A DNA stretch of 50,936 nucleotides from Bacteroidota bacterium (GTDB lineage Bacteria; Bacteroidota; Bacteroidia; Chitinophagales; Chitinophagaceae). The notes beneath the pieces are model-generated. The model was given only the letters and a program-made list of their open reading frames with translations, was not told the origin of the DNA and ran no database searches. Location: positions 1-50,936 of the forward strand of contig CAUJFR010000414.1 of assembly GCA_963169885.1 (NCBI GenBank), read 5' to 3'. The number at the start of each line of letters is the position of its first letter. The first letter of the stretch is position 1. This document shows, in pieces, positions 48,616-50,936 of this stretch. Position numbers and translations under genes: made by a program.

Positions 48616-49584
48616 TTGAGGGAAGCCCTGTTTATAAAGAAGAATAAAGACCGCTGGCTGAAAAACCAGCACCTTCCCCCGGATGACCCGGATGAGATGG
48701 CCGCTTCCTTTACACAGCTGGTGGATGATCTGGCGTATGCCAAAACATTCTATCCATCTGGGAAGGTTACCCACTATATCAATTCGCAGGCTTCGCGGAT
48801 ATACCTCGATATCTATAAAAACAGGAAAGAGGATTCCAACCGGATCTGGAAATTCTGGAAGTATGATCTGCCACTGACCATCCGCAAACATCATGGCATA
48901 CTGCTTTTTGCCACCCTCTTTTTTATCCTTTTTTTTGTGATTGGCTTTTTTACGGCTTCCGTGGATGAATCTGTTGCCGCGGAAGTACTGGGCCCCGGCT
49001 ATATCGAGGAAACACATAAAAATATAGAAAAAGGAAACCCCTTTGGCATCTATGAAGGAGGAAACAGTATCCTGACCTGGCTGGGAATCATGGTAAATAA
49101 TATGATCGTCGCCCTGCGCATGTTTGCTTCTGGACTGGCACTTGGAATACCTTCCCTTTATGGGTTGGCTGAAACCGGGGTGATGGTCGGCGTGTTTGAC
49201 CAGATATTTGCGGCGAAAGGACTGGCTGCAGATTTCTGGCTGGTGGTTTTTGTACACGGTACACTTGAAATTACAGCAATTATATTAGCCGGTGGGGCCG
49301 GACTGATCCTGGGAAAGGGATTTCTTTTTCCCGGAACAATCAAACGGATGGATGCGTTCAAACAAAGTGCAAAGGACGGGACTAAGATCATGATCGGCCT
49401 GTTGCCTGTATTTGCTGTGGCTGCATTTTTTGAAGGATTTATAACACGTCTGTATAACGATCTTTCCTGGCTGACAACCGGTGTGTTTTCTGTTTCTGTC
49501 ATTTTTGTCATCTGGTATTTTATCATTTACCCCATCCGACTGCATAAGCGCTTATCGGTACAGTTAAACGAGGAGGACGTATAG
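48616..49584 (+). CDS. SpoIIM-domain membrane protein
   Basis: MREALFIKKNKDRW, DDLAYAKTFYP, VNN, VHGTLEI, AAFFEGFIT; TTG start. Confidence 0.88.
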   Translation: MREALFIKKNKDRWLKNQHLPPDDPDEMAASFTQLVDDLAYAKTFYPSGKVTHYINSQASRIYLDIYKNRKEDSNRIWKFWKYDLPLTIRKHHGILLFATLFFILFFVIGFFTASVDESVAAEVLGPGYIEETHKNIEKGNPFGIYEGGNSILTWLGIMVNNMIVALRMFASGLALGIPSLYGLAETGVMVGVFDQIFAAKGLAADFWLVVFVHGTLEITAIILAGGAGLILGKGFLFPGTIKRMDAFKQSAKDGTKIMIGLLPVFAVAAFFEGFITRLYNDLSWLTTGVFSVSVIFVIWYFIIYPIRLHKRLSVQLNEEDV

Positions 49585-50426
49585 TGAGCCGGAATACCCT
49601 GAACCCGATTTCTTTTTCCCTTGTGGCCTGGAAGCGCTTTCTGGTCTTGCTGATCATGGCCCTGCTTTCAGGTGGTTTATTGCAGGCGCAAACGGATGAT
49701 CCTGACATGGAGGAGGAAGATACCACCATCACCCGGACGACAATAGAAGTGGCGCCGGTTGAGACCCTAGATGAAGAGGAAGAATCCACTGCTCATTTTA
49801 TTCCACTCCGTGACATGGATTCAGTCAGCCTTTACCGCCGAAAAGTCCCCGACAGTGTGATCAACGCTTTACAGGAGGACGACGACTTCTGGTATGCCAA
49901 TGCCAACATAGAAAAAAAGAAACCGGAAAAAGAAAAGAGGCGCCGGAATCTCCAACCAGACTGGGGCTTTAGCTGGATGTCGACCATTCTTTGGGTGGTG
50001 ATTGTCGGCGTATTTCTCGCGGTGGTGATTTACTATATGGCTGAAAGTGGTTTGTTCAGACGCAAAAGGAGAGTGGTGACGGATAATAGAAAGGACCCAT
50101 CACTGGAGGAAATGCCGGAAGATATATTTGCAATCCGCTATCAGCAGGAAATTGATAAGGCTGTTGCAGGTGGAGACTACCGGCTTGCCGTACGCCTGCA
50201 ATATCTCCGGTTGTTGAAACATATGGCAGAGAAAAACCGGATCCGCTATCAGCAGGACAAAACCAATATGGACTACCTGTTGCAGCTGTATAATACTGAA
50301 TATTATCATGACTTTTTCCGTATCACCCGCCATTACGAGTATAGCTGGTATGGCCGGTTTGCTGTATCGCCGGACGCCTACCGGCTGATTTCGCAGGATA
50401 TGGAACAGTTTCAAAACAAGCGATAA
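49584..50426 (+). CDS. DUF4129-domain membrane protein
   Basis: TM helix followed by GDYRLAVRLQYL..L, KTNMDY, YEYSWYG. Confidence 0.8.
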   Translation: MSRNTLNPISFSLVAWKRFLVLLIMALLSGGLLQAQTDDPDMEEEDTTITRTTIEVAPVETLDEEEESTAHFIPLRDMDSVSLYRRKVPDSVINALQEDDDFWYANANIEKKKPEKEKRRRNLQPDWGFSWMSTILWVVIVGVFLAVVIYYMAESGLFRRKRRVVTDNRKDPSLEEMPEDIFAIRYQQEIDKAVAGGDYRLAVRLQYLRLLKHMAEKNRIRYQQDKTNMDYLLQLYNTEYYHDFFRITRHYEYSWYGRFAVSPDAYRLISQDMEQFQNKR

Positions 50427-50431
50427 CCCAG

Positions 50432-50936
50432 GTGAAACGTATACTACCATATTTGCTTGTTACTGTGCTGGCTGCCGCCATCATCCTGTTATATATTTCA
50501 GGAAAGGCGGCCAGGAAAAGAAACTTTGACGACCGTGTTACATTAAAGCGGCAGGATAAAATTCCCTATGCCACTTATGTTGCTTTTCAGCAGTTACCTT
50601 ATCAGTTTCCTGGTGCCCGTATTCAGGTAACCCGGAAAGAACCAGGGTATTGGGATTCGGTTTCCGTATATGATGACCGGCAGGCTTTTATCTGCATTAC
50701 GGACCGGTTCGGGGCAGACGAATCAGAAATGAAGAAGCTGATAGATTTTGCACGTTACGGAAATGATGTTTTTATCAGTGCCCGCTATATCTCTTCCAAA
50801 GCAGATGAATTTCTTCGTTGTGGCAGTAACGCTCCGGAGTATTACAGACAGTATCCAGGTGATGAAGAGGACGGGAAAGTCCGTTTGACCCTTAATACCC
50901 CGCCATTTTCTGATACCGTACATTATCAATACCCTG
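50432..50936 (+). CDS. DUF4350-like protein, 3'-truncated by window edge (absent from the ORF track)
   Basis: GTG 50432 gives MKRILPYLLVTVLAAAIILLY...DKIPYATYV...LIDFARYGNDVFISA; frame stays open to the window end; fits the cluster context. Confidence 0.75.
   Translation, partial: MKRILPYLLVTVLAAAIILLYISGKAARKRNFDDRVTLKRQDKIPYATYVAFQQLPYQFPGARIQVTRKEPGYWDSVSVYDDRQAFICITDRFGADESEMKKLIDFARYGNDVFISARYISSKADEFLRCGSNAPEYYRQYPGDEEDGKVRLTLNTPPFSDTVHYQYP

Overview
Bacterial chromosomal window, most likely Bacteroidota (Chitinophagaceae-like). The basis is a T9SS C-terminal-domain protein, PafA, DUF3276, type-B L31, archaeal/eukaryote-type ProRS and several TTTG-N19/20-TAnnTTTG promoters. It holds about 41 mostly housekeeping or envelope CDS (pgi, ltaE, tpiA, yajQ, rpmE2, pafA, ribBA, tamB, proS, TonB-type receptors). 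I found no rRNA, tRNA, CRISPR, transposase or prophage. The most unusual signals are non-coding: (1) a tandem pair of 163-bp structured elements with terminal inverted repeats and a compensatory base-pair change (5857-6268); (2) a probable stand-alone ~175-nt three-hairpin RNA with its own promoter between yajQ and rpmE2; (3) LytTR-type direct repeats linking a LytS/LytTR pair to two paralogous outer-membrane receptors; (4) 7- and 8-nt periodic repeat arrays at gene ends. Functionally unexplained coding modules include an ATP-grasp/GCS2/esterase cluster, an exported CotH-like kinase next to PafA, a SET-domain protein and an RDD/SpoIIM/DUF4129/DUF4350 cluster. All family calls are by motif recognition only; no searches were run.
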